From an uncultured delta proteobacterium (lineage in GTDB: Bacteria; Desulfobacterota; Binatia; UBA9968): a stretch of DNA of 33,993 bases. The notes below the pieces were generated by a model. That model was not told where the DNA came from. It saw only the letters and a program-made list of their open reading frames with translations, and made no database searches. Both the position numbers and the translations under genes were made by a program. The stretch covers positions 1 through 33,993 of the forward strand of contig CAWJBB010000064.1 in NCBI GenBank assembly GCA_963840855.1. Direction: 5' to 3'. Numbering within the stretch: the first letter of the stretch is position 1; each line of letters starts with the position of its first letter. Below are positions 1-9,626 of this stretch, piece by piece.

Positions 1-6
1 CTAGAA

Positions 7-1080
7 TTACTTCCCCGTGGGAAACCCCCACACCGCGGCGATTTTCTTAATCATTCCGGGTTCGTAGTCCTGGCGATCCCAGCCCTCGAAGACGGTCTTG
101 GAACCCGCTTTCTGAATGAGCTTCCATTTCTCACTCTCTTTGATGAAGGGTGAGCCTCTGCCGACTTGGTCGTACGCTTTCTGTCCGTCAGGTCCAGCCA
201 ACCATCCGGCCAAGAGCAGTGCGGCATTCGGATTTGGCGAACCTTTAATGACACCCATGATCTCGCCCAGACTTACAGGCACCTCTTTCGGCAGAGCCAT
301 CGCGATCTTCGCCTTGGGATCGCTCCGCAACAGCGAAAAGACCGTCGCATAGTGCGCGCCGCAGATTATCGGATATTCGCCGGCGGCAACTTGGATCACC
401 GCTTCGCTCTGGCCCTGCTTCCAGATCGGTTGATTGTTCTTGAATTGCGCCGCATATTCGAGAATTTTTGCCTCCCCCCAGGATTTGTAAAGTCCACTCA
501 AGAAGCGCGGGTGCACGTCCACCGAGATTTTGCCCTTCCATTGCGGATCGAGGCAGTCCGACCAGTCTTTGGGTACCCGGTTCGGTGGAACCAATGTTGG
601 GTTATAACCGATAAGACGCAAATTAAATCCAGACGCATTGAAATAGCCGTCGGGGCTGAAGTGAGTCTCCGGCACATTCGGAAAGAGCTTGCGCCATTCG
701 ATCGGACCGGTGACGGCTCCGCCCTTGATGAAGCGATTCTGCATCGCGGCCGGAACATCGTACAGATCAAACTCGACCACCCCCGCCAACGTTTCGCTGA
801 ACAATCGCTCGGCCCGCGCGGTACCGCTAACATAAGTGAAATCGACTTTGATCGTGGGATATTTCTGGTTGAATCCCTTGAGCACCATGGGCGCCTCTTT
901 TTCGGTTAATCCCGTACCGACGCGCACCTTGCCCTCTTTGGCCGCTGACTTGACGATTTCGTCGAAGGTCTTGCCGATGGCGGCCTGCTGCGATTCGGCG
1001 GCCCCGTAAAAACTCAACATGCCAACGAGGAAGCCCGTCATGAAGACCGATAACTTAAACAACATTGCCGTCCTGGTCAT
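7..1080 (-). CDS. ABC transporter substrate-binding protein, AfuA/FbpA-like (SBP_bac_6)
   Basis: 357 aa; hydrophobic signal peptide; family motifs AAKEGKV, IGYNPTLV, PKDWSDCLDPQWKGK, SPNPNAALL; GAGGTG RBS upstream. Confidence 0.88.
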   Translation of the reverse strand: MTRTAMLFKLSVFMTGFLVGMLSFYGAAESQQAAIGKTFDEIVKSAAKEGKVRVGTGLTEKEAPMVLKGFNQKYPTIKVDFTYVSGTARAERLFSETLAGVVEFDLYDVPAAMQNRFIKGGAVTGPIEWRKLFPNVPETHFSPDGYFNASGFNLRLIGYNPTLVPPNRVPKDWSDCLDPQWKGKISVDVHPRFLSGLYKSWGEAKILEYAAQFKNNQPIWKQGQSEAVIQVAAGEYPIICGAHYATVFSLLRSDPKAKIAMALPKEVPVSLGEIMGVIKGSPNPNAALLLAGWLAGPDGQKAYDQVGRGSPFIKESEKWKLIQKAGSKTVFEGWDRQDYEPGMIKKIAAVWGFPTGK

Positions 1081-1369
1081 GGAATCACCTCGCTAATCCG
1101 TTAGGTCTCGTACCGAATCTGCCATTGCCAGAAAACTGCGCCGGCGGGATCCGAACTTGGTCATCAACTACTTTAATATCGATGACTATCAAAGGAGACA
1201 ACCCGCCGTCAACGGAAAAGTGAGACAAATCCATCGCCGCGGTTGCAACGCGCGGCGACCGGAGCAGGATTGTTCAACCGAGATCGTTTTCGCCCCGAGG
1301 AATTGCCTGCAAGCGCTGCTCTATGATATCGAACAGACTTGAATAATCCGCTTGATAGAAGGAGAGAAT

Positions 1370-2488
1370 ATGACCACACAGGATCGCAGACGGATCATCA
1401 AGTTAGTCTCATATGTTTTTGTAATTTTGTTTCTGCTCCAGCCCCAGTCTCGCGAGGCCGTGTCGGCAAATGCCCCGGCCCAGTTGGCCAACGATCCCAT
1501 CGCCAAAGCGCTGGGTGCCGATGTCATGAACGCCGCCCTCAAAGAAGGCCGGGTGCATTGGTACGCCGGAGACAATACCGCAGAATTCTTCAAGGCCGGC
1601 GGGAAAGCCACCTTCGAAAAACGTTTTGGTATCAGGATAGAACCCTTGGCGGGCCGTCTGCGCGAACACACCGACAGGGTGCGGGCGGAGCAGGCGGCGG
1701 GAAGGGTCAATGTCGATATATTCGACGGGGTTGATCAGTATTTGATGGAGCTGCACCGTTACGGAGCCCTCGAGAAATTCAGACCTCCGATCACGACGCT
1801 GGATGCTTATGACAAGAGCGTTTTTACCAAAGAACCGGTCGGTTTCTGGACGCCGCTATTCATCAGCGCGCAAGCCCTGATCGTCAATACCAACATGGTC
1901 AAGAAAGAAGAATATCCGAAATCCTATTTGGACATTGCGCATGCCAAATGGAAGGGCCGGGTGGCCACGCGCGACCCAAGAAGCGCGGGCGGAGGCGGAT
2001 GGCAGTTCCTGCAAATTTATAATCACCCCAAATTGGGCATTGAGTATATTCGCCGGATAAAGGAAGTAGTCGATCCTTTTATCGTTCCCGGCGGAAGCCG
2101 CGAGATGCGCGACGCGATCTTGCTCGGGCAATTTGCGCTCGGCTTCAGCGGCCGCCCTGAATTCCTCACCGATGTCCCGAAAGGTTCCCCGTTGGCTTAC
2201 ATCGTCCCCCAAGAAGGAGTAACCTGGTTGCCCCACTCTACGGCGTTGATAAAGAACGCGCCGCATCCGAACGCGGCCAAGGTTGCGCTGACCTGGTTTT
2301 ACGAGCTCCCCAACCTGCAGCTCCTGGCTAAAGAAGGCGGGCGCATGATCCCACATCCAAAAATCAAGATGCCTATTCCTGAAATGGATTTGTCGAACAA
2401 TATCATGATGGAAGGAATACCGTCGCAGCAGCTTGCCGACCCAGGCTTCTTCTTCAAGGAAATGGAAAAGATATTCGGGAGACGCTGA
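1370..2488 (+). CDS. ABC transporter substrate-binding protein, AfuA/FbpA-like (SBP_bac_6)
   Basis: Start moved to ATG 1370 (AAGGAG RBS upstream); signal peptide; motifs ALKEGRV, VNTNMV, PKSYLDI..KWKG, APHPNAAK. Confidence 0.88.
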   Translation: MTTQDRRRIIKLVSYVFVILFLLQPQSREAVSANAPAQLANDPIAKALGADVMNAALKEGRVHWYAGDNTAEFFKAGGKATFEKRFGIRIEPLAGRLREHTDRVRAEQAAGRVNVDIFDGVDQYLMELHRYGALEKFRPPITTLDAYDKSVFTKEPVGFWTPLFISAQALIVNTNMVKKEEYPKSYLDIAHAKWKGRVATRDPRSAGGGGWQFLQIYNHPKLGIEYIRRIKEVVDPFIVPGGSREMRDAILLGQFALGFSGRPEFLTDVPKGSPLAYIVPQEGVTWLPHSTALIKNAPHPNAAKVALTWFYELPNLQLLAKEGGRMIPHPKIKMPIPEMDLSNNIMMEGIPSQQLADPGFFFKEMEKIFGRR

Positions 2489-2615
2489 TCCCACGCAAGA
2501 ACCTGGAACAGCCGATTATCGGAGCAACGGAATTTTGGGTCGACGATCCCGCTTCTCCGAATCCATCGCTCTCAAATTTTTGCCGCCTGACGGTCGCATG
2601 AGTTTTTGACCATCG

Positions 2616-4322
2616 ATGCTCTCCAAGTTAAAGTTTGCTACGCGCTCCTTCGAGGGGATCACGCTCCTATACTATCTTCTTTTCGCTGTCGTGATCGTCC
2701 TCGTACTGTATCCAACCCTGATGCTGCTGTCGGCGAGCTTCTTTACGGGACAACCGGGCGCATGGGGAAAATTTACCCTCGAGGGATATCAGGAGTTATT
2801 GAGCGGCGAAGGAATCGGCGAGATTATCGTCAATAGCATTATTTATGCGACGGCCCGGACGGGAATCAGCCTCATTCTGGCCCTGACCTTTGCCTGGGCC
2901 GTGGCGCGCGCCCACGTACCATGCCGGGGCCTGATGGAGTTGCTGATCCCGATTCCCTTCTTCATTCCGGACATCCTCACCGCCATTTCCTGGGTCATGC
3001 TCGGCAACCCACAAAACGGGCTCATCAACCAGTTCTTTATTCGGTTTTTCGGCGCGCGCGGTCCCGTCGTCGATATTTATGGCTGGGATGGCCTGCTCTT
3101 CCATTCCGTCTTGAGCACTACGTCTTTTCTGTACCTCCTTCTGATCGGCTTTTTCTACAACATGGACCCAGCTTTCGAGGAAGCATCCGCTGCGTCCGGC
3201 GCAACGCCGTCCCAAACGACATTCAGGATTACCCTGCCGATGATCCTGCCAGCGATTTTGGGCGTATCCATCTTGTCCTTTATTCGCGCTCTGGAATCCT
3301 TCGAAGACCCCTACCTGTTCGGTACTCCGGGCGGCGTCTACGTCTTTGCCAATGAAATCTATCGCGTGCTCAGACACCGCCATCCGCCGCAGTACAACGC
3401 CGCCACAGCGCTGGCCGTCATCCTTATGATCATCACTTTTGTCATGGTTTCCGTGCAGTGGAGGATATTGGGCAGGCGCGAATTCACCACGATCAGTGCC
3501 AAGGGTTACCAACCGCGCCGCGTCACGCCACATCGCTTCGTTCGCTGGGGCATCTTTGCGCTCTTCGTGATCTATTTCACTCTGGCCATCTTAATCCCCT
3601 TGACCCAGATCTGCGCCAGCTCATTCTTCAAAGTATTCGGCTTGTACAAGCCGGAGCACTTTACCTTCGATAACTGGCTCACGGTTTTCCGCGACCCGCG
3701 CACCATGGGAGGCCTGCGCAATACAATTCTCTTTTCCACCGCGGCGGCCGCGGGTGTAATTGCATTAGGCGGCCTTATCGGTTACATCCGCATCCGGACG
3801 CGCCACTGGTTGGGCCCGACTCTGGAGCTCACGGCCTGGCTGCCGTGGACGATGCCGGGAATCGTCCTGGGCCTGGCTTTGCTCTGGGCCTGGATATCTC
3901 TTCCCCAACCGATCAATCTCTACGGCACCTCAATGATCGTGATTCTGGGCTTCGTCGTGAATGGCTTGCCTCTCGGCACCCGCACCATGCAATCGGCCAT
4001 CATGCAGGTGAGTAAGGACCTGGAGGAGTGTTCGATGGTCCACGGCGCGTCTTGGCTTCAGACCATGACCCATATCGTGTTGCCGCTCCTGCGCATCGGA
4101 ATTGCCGCTGCGTTTGTGATCGTCTTTGCTCTGTCGGCGCGCAGCCTTACCATTCCTCTATTGCTCTATTCTTATGGAACGGAGACCCTGACGATCGCGC
4201 TTTTGTATTATTATGAGGAGGGATATCGCAACATCACGGCCGTGATCGCCATGATCCAGCTCGGGCTGGTGATGGGTTTGCTCGTGTTAGAGCGGCTGAC
4301 GCGGCCGCGTCAACCGAGCTAA
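2616..4322 (+). CDS. ABC transporter permease, FbpB/ThiP-type with two fused BPD_transp_1 modules
   Basis: 568 aa, highly hydrophobic; two EAA loops (MDPAFEEASAASGA, VSKDLEECSMVHGA); follows the SBP gene. Confidence 0.92.
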   Translation: MLSKLKFATRSFEGITLLYYLLFAVVIVLVLYPTLMLLSASFFTGQPGAWGKFTLEGYQELLSGEGIGEIIVNSIIYATARTGISLILALTFAWAVARAHVPCRGLMELLIPIPFFIPDILTAISWVMLGNPQNGLINQFFIRFFGARGPVVDIYGWDGLLFHSVLSTTSFLYLLLIGFFYNMDPAFEEASAASGATPSQTTFRITLPMILPAILGVSILSFIRALESFEDPYLFGTPGGVYVFANEIYRVLRHRHPPQYNAATALAVILMIITFVMVSVQWRILGRREFTTISAKGYQPRRVTPHRFVRWGIFALFVIYFTLAILIPLTQICASSFFKVFGLYKPEHFTFDNWLTVFRDPRTMGGLRNTILFSTAAAAGVIALGGLIGYIRIRTRHWLGPTLELTAWLPWTMPGIVLGLALLWAWISLPQPINLYGTSMIVILGFVVNGLPLGTRTMQSAIMQVSKDLEECSMVHGASWLQTMTHIVLPLLRIGIAAAFVIVFALSARSLTIPLLLYSYGTETLTIALLYYYEEGYRNITAVIAMIQLGLVMGLLVLERLTRPRQPS

Positions 4323-4339
4323 TAGAGCGGCATTAAAAG

Positions 4340-6031
4340 TTAGCTCATGGATACGCGCAGCAGGTACCTTCTACCGATGAAAGTGACGATCCCCAGCAAC
4401 GCCACCAGGATGACGGATATAGCTCCCACTTGGGCAATGGTGCCCGCCTGCCAGAGCTCCCAGATGACCACGGCGAACAAATTGCTCTTTGGCGAATAAA
4501 GCAGGATCGCCAGCGAGATGTCTCTGACGATGTGGGAGAAAATATACAGAAAACCGGAGATAAACGCCGGCACCAACAGCGGCGCCAGCACGCGCCCGAA
4601 AGTCTGCAACCAGGAAGCGCCGCTCACGCGGGAGGCTTCTTCCAGCTCTTGATGGATTTGCAAGAGCGCCGCGTTGGTGTTGCGCGTGGCCCAGGGCATG
4701 TATTTGGTGACAAAAGCAATGAGCAGAATCCATAGCGTGCCATAGATCGGCACGGGAAGGCTCAAATAAAGAAACACCAGAGCCATGCCCAGAACGATAC
4801 TTGGAGTTGCCAGAGGAGCGAACGCGAGAAAATCCAAGAGCTTTCGGCCCCGCACGCGGGAACGCACGACTATCCAGGAGATCATGGCGGCAAGGAGCAT
4901 GGTGAGGCCGCCGCCGATGATGGCCAGGAAGAGGCTGTTCTTTACGGCGTTGAGCACGCCGGGATACTGCCATGCCGCATGGTAACTAGCGAGAGAGACA
5001 CTCTGAAAAGCTTTCAACGACGGCACCTGATAGAATGGCAGCAGCGAAGCCCAGATGAGTGCGAGCATGGGCAGAATGACATCGAGAAATAAGAAGCTAA
5101 AAAGAAAGGCCGTTCCCAGATATTTCCACTTGCCGAGGTCGATGGGCCGCGGCCGATACCCCTTGCCGGTGACGGTTACATATCTTTCGCTTTTGCGCAG
5201 GATGCGCAGATAGCACAAAGTCGCCACAGCGCTGATCGCCAACACAGTGGTGCCGAGCGCAGCCGAGACGCCGTAATTCGGCGGCGACTGGTGCATGGCC
5301 AGGTAGATCTTGGTGGCGAAGACGTAGATCTTCACCGGCATACCGATCAAAGCGGGAATCTCAAAGGCTTCCACTGCGTTAATAAAGCTATAAATCATCG
5401 CAGCGGCGGACGCGGGCAACATGAGCGGAAATGTAATGCGGCGCATAGTCGAGGAATGGCCCGAGCCGCAGGCCGCGGACGATTCCTCCAGCGAGGGATC
5501 CATGGAGCGCAGCGCCCCGGCCAACAATAAAAACATCACCGGCACTTGACGCAACCCGGCCACAAAAATCATCCCATACATCGAATGAATGTTGAGGGGC
5601 GCTTCACTAAAACCGAAGCTTTTAATCAAGGCTAGGTTTATCAGTCCAATGCGCGGATGGAGCAGCATGATCCACGCGATCGAGGCAATCATGCCGGGGA
5701 TGATAGTGGCGACAATGGCAATGACGTAGGCGAGATCACGCAGCGGCGCATTGGTGCGCTCGACCAGCCAGGCCATCGCAAAGGCAAAAAAGAACGCAAA
5801 GGCCGTGCTCCCCGTTGCAAACACCAGGCTATTTAACAAAAGCGGATATAGGGTCGGATCCGAATAGGTGCTGGTGAAGTTTGCCAAGGTCAAAGTCCCG
5901 GGGACGCCCGGCGGGGTGGTTTTCAAACTGTTCCAGAGGAGCATACCGAGCGGGGCCAGGACGAGATAAACGACCAGGACCGTGACGCCGATCAGAATCA
6001 GCGTATCGGATTGCAGTTTTGGCCGAACCAT
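4340..6031 (-). CDS. ABC transporter permease, FbpB/ThiP-type with two fused modules
   Basis: 563 aa; EAA loops MDPSLEESSAACGS and IHQELEEASRVSGA; linker YVTVTGKGYRPR. Confidence 0.92.
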   Translation of the reverse strand: MVRPKLQSDTLILIGVTVLVVYLVLAPLGMLLWNSLKTTPPGVPGTLTLANFTSTYSDPTLYPLLLNSLVFATGSTAFAFFFAFAMAWLVERTNAPLRDLAYVIAIVATIIPGMIASIAWIMLLHPRIGLINLALIKSFGFSEAPLNIHSMYGMIFVAGLRQVPVMFLLLAGALRSMDPSLEESSAACGSGHSSTMRRITFPLMLPASAAAMIYSFINAVEAFEIPALIGMPVKIYVFATKIYLAMHQSPPNYGVSAALGTTVLAISAVATLCYLRILRKSERYVTVTGKGYRPRPIDLGKWKYLGTAFLFSFLFLDVILPMLALIWASLLPFYQVPSLKAFQSVSLASYHAAWQYPGVLNAVKNSLFLAIIGGGLTMLLAAMISWIVVRSRVRGRKLLDFLAFAPLATPSIVLGMALVFLYLSLPVPIYGTLWILLIAFVTKYMPWATRNTNAALLQIHQELEEASRVSGASWLQTFGRVLAPLLVPAFISGFLYIFSHIVRDISLAILLYSPKSNLFAVVIWELWQAGTIAQVGAISVILVALLGIVTFIGRRYLLRVSMS

Positions 6032-6054
6032 TGAATTCGCCCAGGCCGGAACGA

Positions 6055-6153
6055 TTGTTCAAATCGTTCGACAGGTTGCAATCGTTCAAGCGTTTTGAAC
6101 TAGTTGAACGCTTTGAACGTGTTGAAACCCCATACTCCAGTACTCCAATAATC
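6055..6153. repeat. Intergenic imperfect inverted array of 9-bp units plus short TACTCC repeats
   Basis: Four GTTCAA-like units at 9-nt period (6055-6090), then four TTGAAC-like units at 9-nt period (6095-6130), then CATACTCC/AGTACTCC/AATAATC. Confidence 0.65.
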
Positions 6154-6185
6154 GGCTGGGTCGCGCCCAGAGCGGCAAGGAGATT

Positions 6186-7250
6186 TTATTTCAAGAACAA
6201 GTCGCGCCAAATGGCTTCGGCCTCGCCGCCATATTGAGCCATCTCGGGCGGAGGCACAGCGAGTTTTTGTCCCCTGACCGCGTCTGCCGTCGGGCCCTTG
6301 ACTCTGCTATCAGGAACGAGCCGACCGGTGATATCGGTAAATGTTTGCTGTCCTTCCAAAGAAGTAAACCAGTTGGCAAATAGCAAGGCCGTATTGGGAT
6401 GGGGAGCTCGCTCCGCAATCAACATCGGAGTGGCCTTGGCTAAAATCGGATCGGTTCTCACCCATTCAACCGGCGCGCCTTTTTTTTGATACTGAAGAAC
6501 GCGATACAGATTCAACCGCAAGTCTATCTTGAATGCCCCTGCGCCCAGCATCTCCAAACGCGCGGTTTGGCCCGCGCCAAAGACTATGTTGTTTTTGGCG
6601 AGCGCCTTGAGATAGTTCAAGGCTTTTTCCTTTCCCCACGCATTCCAGAGCATGAGCACCCACTCGGCGGCGTCCCGGTCCATCGATATCGCGCCTTTCC
6701 ATTTTGGGTTGAGCAAGTCATCCCATCTCTTGGGAGCCTCGGCGGCGGAGATCAAATTGGTGTTGTAAACCACCACAATGCCATTGACGTTGCTGGCAAC
6801 CCAATAGCCTTCGGGATCTTTATGCAGCGGCGACCAAGCCGCGGCGTTGGGCCAATGGTATTTCTTTACCACTCCCGCTTTTTTCAGCTCGGCAATAAGG
6901 TTGATTTCGCTCGACGCGATATCGACGTTCTGGATGCCGGCTCGCGCTTCAGATAACATCTTTTGGTGCAGTTGCGTGTCTTCGGAGGCGCGCCAGTATT
7001 CAACCGTGACGAAAGGATATCTTTGGCGGAATTTACCGAAGAGTTGCTCCAGTTCGCCGGCGGTCCAACCATTGATCCAGAACGCGAACTTGCCCTCCTT
7101 TTTCGCGCCGTCGATCAGACGCTTCTCATTCTGCGCGTCGGATTCGTGTGTTGCCGCGAGCACAGGAGTTATTCCCAGCAGGTATTCACCGGGAAAAATC
7201 AGGCCGGATAGCACTAAGAGTGCGTGCGCGAGCTTTCCTATCCGTTGCAT
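6186..7250 (-). CDS. ABC transporter substrate-binding protein, AfuA/FbpA-like (SBP_bac_6)
   Basis: Start moved to ATG 7250 (AAGGAG RBS at 7259-7264; removes overlap with the upstream gene); motifs GAKKEGK, VYNTNL, PKRWDDLLNPKWKG, APHPNTALLF. Confidence 0.88.
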   Translation of the reverse strand: MQRIGKLAHALLVLSGLIFPGEYLLGITPVLAATHESDAQNEKRLIDGAKKEGKFAFWINGWTAGELEQLFGKFRQRYPFVTVEYWRASEDTQLHQKMLSEARAGIQNVDIASSEINLIAELKKAGVVKKYHWPNAAAWSPLHKDPEGYWVASNVNGIVVVYNTNLISAAEAPKRWDDLLNPKWKGAISMDRDAAEWVLMLWNAWGKEKALNYLKALAKNNIVFGAGQTARLEMLGAGAFKIDLRLNLYRVLQYQKKGAPVEWVRTDPILAKATPMLIAERAPHPNTALLFANWFTSLEGQQTFTDITGRLVPDSRVKGPTADAVRGQKLAVPPPEMAQYGGEAEAIWRDLFLK

Positions 7251-7318
7251 CTTAGAGTCTCCTTTCTGGCGTGAAAAATTTAACTGCGTTTTTTCAACTA
7301 ACGCGGATCGATGCCAAC

Positions 7319-9310
7319 TCATATGGGCGCAAAAACGGGGTTCGTCTTCGCCGTTTCAATAATCCGTTCAGCGTCTTCGGGCAACAGATATCTATCGTTG
7401 ACGAGCGCGCGCGCCGCGCGGCTGACCTTTTGGACATAGTCCGCGTGATCTTTGTATCTCTCTTCGATTGAAGGGCGTGGATCAGCGGTTTTGGTTCTTT
7501 CTTCCTTTGTCCTGGCGATCGGAATATAGGAGCCGAACAATCCGCAAAGCTCGTCTTCCGCTAACCCTTCGATCCAAAGATTCCATCCCGTGTAAGTAGC
7601 CAGGGGGACGCGAATCGCAGGCAAGCGTATGCCTGCGAGGTCGTTTCCATCGGCGTCTACCTTCGTTACCAAGATTTTGTATTCCCCTTTTTTGATCTGT
7701 TTGGGGGGATGACTTTCAATCTTTCCGCGTTGCAGGTTCGGTCCGTAGTCTAAGAATAGCTGGCGGTTGAAGAGCGAAGTGTAGCGCAGCCCGGGAATAT
7801 TTGGGAAGCCGGTGTGTCTTTGGTCGGACGGAACTAAGGTGCCGTCTTTTACACGGGGAATCTGACTTGGTGGCGGCGGCGTTCCATCGCACACCCACTG
7901 ATCCATCGCCACCATGAGAGCGCGCAGGACCTCGCCATGGGGGAGGGGATTCGTCAGGTTCTGAGAATTGTATCTTTTGGGTATGAGACCGGGCGCAAAG
8001 CGGTGCGGCGCGCTCGATATCATATAGATTCGTACTTTTTCGGGAACAACGATGTCCTTGCCTTTCCCGTCGGTGTGCACAAGCCCGCCCCGCTTTTGCC
8101 GGTACTCTGTCGAGGTCTGAACATGCATGACGTAGGGGTCGGTTCTGGGACGTTTCATGATGCCGTCTTTTCGTCCTGTCTGGGGGTCTCTCAGCACATT
8201 GTAGGCGAAGGGAAACAGTTCTGGGTCCGGCTGGTCGTTGTGTTGCTGCGAGGATGTCACCGGTCGGGCGAACTCGTAGTTGAGAAACATTCTGCCGCCT
8301 CCGGCCACGTAAGGGCAGACCGCCTCGAAAATTTGGCGGTGAGATTCGTCTTCATTGGCCCCATGATAAATAAAATCTCGAATGAACCTGGCGCTCACGG
8401 AACGGCCCCAGGCATAGGCTCGGCAGATACCCGTCCCATTCTTACCGAAAGCCAACGGGTTTTGGTTCCCCGCTTTGTCTTTCCTTTCGTAGCGGAGAAA
8501 GGAAACCGTGTCCCGCACCGCCGCGAAACCCAGACCTAGGACCAGAGGATTCTTAGCCGGGTATATAAACTCGTAGATGTGATTGGGCTCAAACCCCGAA
8601 CGGAGATAGAGATCCGTCGTGCTCGGACGGATTAGGTTTTTTCCCGTGTCATCTTTTTCGCAGGCCGCATATTCCCAATCTGAGGCCGGGATCGGCATTC
8701 GAGCTTCATAGGATTTCTCCCGAACCGTTAATGACGCCGCCGATTTATCGGTGCTCGCGGTCTCGTAGCTCGCGATTCGCGGATCGGCGCTGAGCGGCAT
8801 GGAGAAAACTCCGGTTTCGTCGGCAACGATTTCAGTGCGCACCACGCCGACAATCTCTTTTCCTTTATTCGTCGCCGCGGGCACGTCCATGACGACAAAA
8901 TTTTTCCCGCTCAAACCGCCATGCCATCCTCCCCAGACGACGGTGTAACCCTGCCGCATGAGAAAGCCATTCCCCGCGTCTTTGAGCGTGGTCGGGTCGT
9001 TATTTTGCGGCGCGTCGTTAAGCAACGCTAGAATGTGCTTGCCGCCGCGGTTGGGAGGATCAAAGAAGATTTTCTTGTTGCCGCGCTCCATATCCAGCGG
9101 CTTGAGAATGTAAAGGTCGGCGCTATATTCCACGCGCCGCCGAGAATTTGTCGGCGCCTTGTCCAGATTGACGATGACCTTATTGAGCGGATTTTTGGCA
9201 TCCACTTCTCCATAGACTTTGCCCACGAGCTTTTCATAGGCCCCTGTGATCGGGAATTCATATCCTTCAGCAAAAATCTCCCTTTTCTCTATAGTGATTC
9301 TGGTGATCAT
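7319..9310 (-). CDS. Alpha/beta hydrolase domain protein (ABhydrolase_10-like)
   Basis: 663 aa; motifs NRGGK, GFLMRQGYTVVWGGW, GLGFAAVRD, nucleophile-elbow-like WGRSVSARF, VDADGND.AGIRLP...VPLATYTGWN, DPRPSIEERY; AAGGAGG RBS; no signal peptide. Confidence 0.8.
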   Translation of the reverse strand: MITRITIEKREIFAEGYEFPITGAYEKLVGKVYGEVDAKNPLNKVIVNLDKAPTNSRRRVEYSADLYILKPLDMERGNKKIFFDPPNRGGKHILALLNDAPQNNDPTTLKDAGNGFLMRQGYTVVWGGWHGGLSGKNFVVMDVPAATNKGKEIVGVVRTEIVADETGVFSMPLSADPRIASYETASTDKSAASLTVREKSYEARMPIPASDWEYAACEKDDTGKNLIRPSTTDLYLRSGFEPNHIYEFIYPAKNPLVLGLGFAAVRDTVSFLRYERKDKAGNQNPLAFGKNGTGICRAYAWGRSVSARFIRDFIYHGANEDESHRQIFEAVCPYVAGGGRMFLNYEFARPVTSSQQHNDQPDPELFPFAYNVLRDPQTGRKDGIMKRPRTDPYVMHVQTSTEYRQKRGGLVHTDGKGKDIVVPEKVRIYMISSAPHRFAPGLIPKRYNSQNLTNPLPHGEVLRALMVAMDQWVCDGTPPPPSQIPRVKDGTLVPSDQRHTGFPNIPGLRYTSLFNRQLFLDYGPNLQRGKIESHPPKQIKKGEYKILVTKVDADGNDLAGIRLPAIRVPLATYTGWNLWIEGLAEDELCGLFGSYIPIARTKEERTKTADPRPSIEERYKDHADYVQKVSRAARALVNDRYLLPEDAERIIETAKTNPVFAPI

Positions 9311-9366
9311 AGGGTGAGTGTGATCCTCCTTGTGGCGCTTCGGTGATCTGCCTCGGCTCGCGGCGA

Positions 9367-9396
9367 ACTGTACTAGGGGGCGTGGTTCTTTGTCAA
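9367..9396 (-). promoter_or_regulatory. Putative sigma70 promoter for the hydrolase-SBP-permease unit
   Basis: Minus strand TTGACA-N18-TACAGT, ~55 bp upstream of the 9310 start. Confidence 0.55.
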
Positions 9397-9514
9397 ACTA
9401 ACGGGCGAAAAAGGGGCGTTTCACGATTCCATCAGACCTGTGCGGAAAGGCATTCGTAAGCACGCGAACGCTGGGCAAGAAGGACGCCAGGGGGGGCCCG
9501 CGCGGGCGCCGGCC

Positions 9515-9544
9515 TTGACACAAAGTGGAACGCGATGTTACAGC
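9515..9544 (+). promoter_or_regulatory. Possible sigma70 promoter for the 9627 SBP
   Basis: Perfect TTGACA at 9515-9520 with a weak TG-extended -10 (tgtTACAGC). Confidence 0.35.
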
Positions 9545-9626
9545 TCGGCGGAAAGGGTATCTATACGCGCGCAACTCTTTGCTCTGTCACTCGGGCGCGT
9601 AAGACCCAAAGGCTGCGGGAGGTAAA

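Noticed and set aside
166-909. 247-aa plus-strand ORF and similar antisense ORFs (1856-2494, 2796-3533, 7937-8539, 30698-31348)
   Set aside because: All lie opposite well-supported genes and lack motifs
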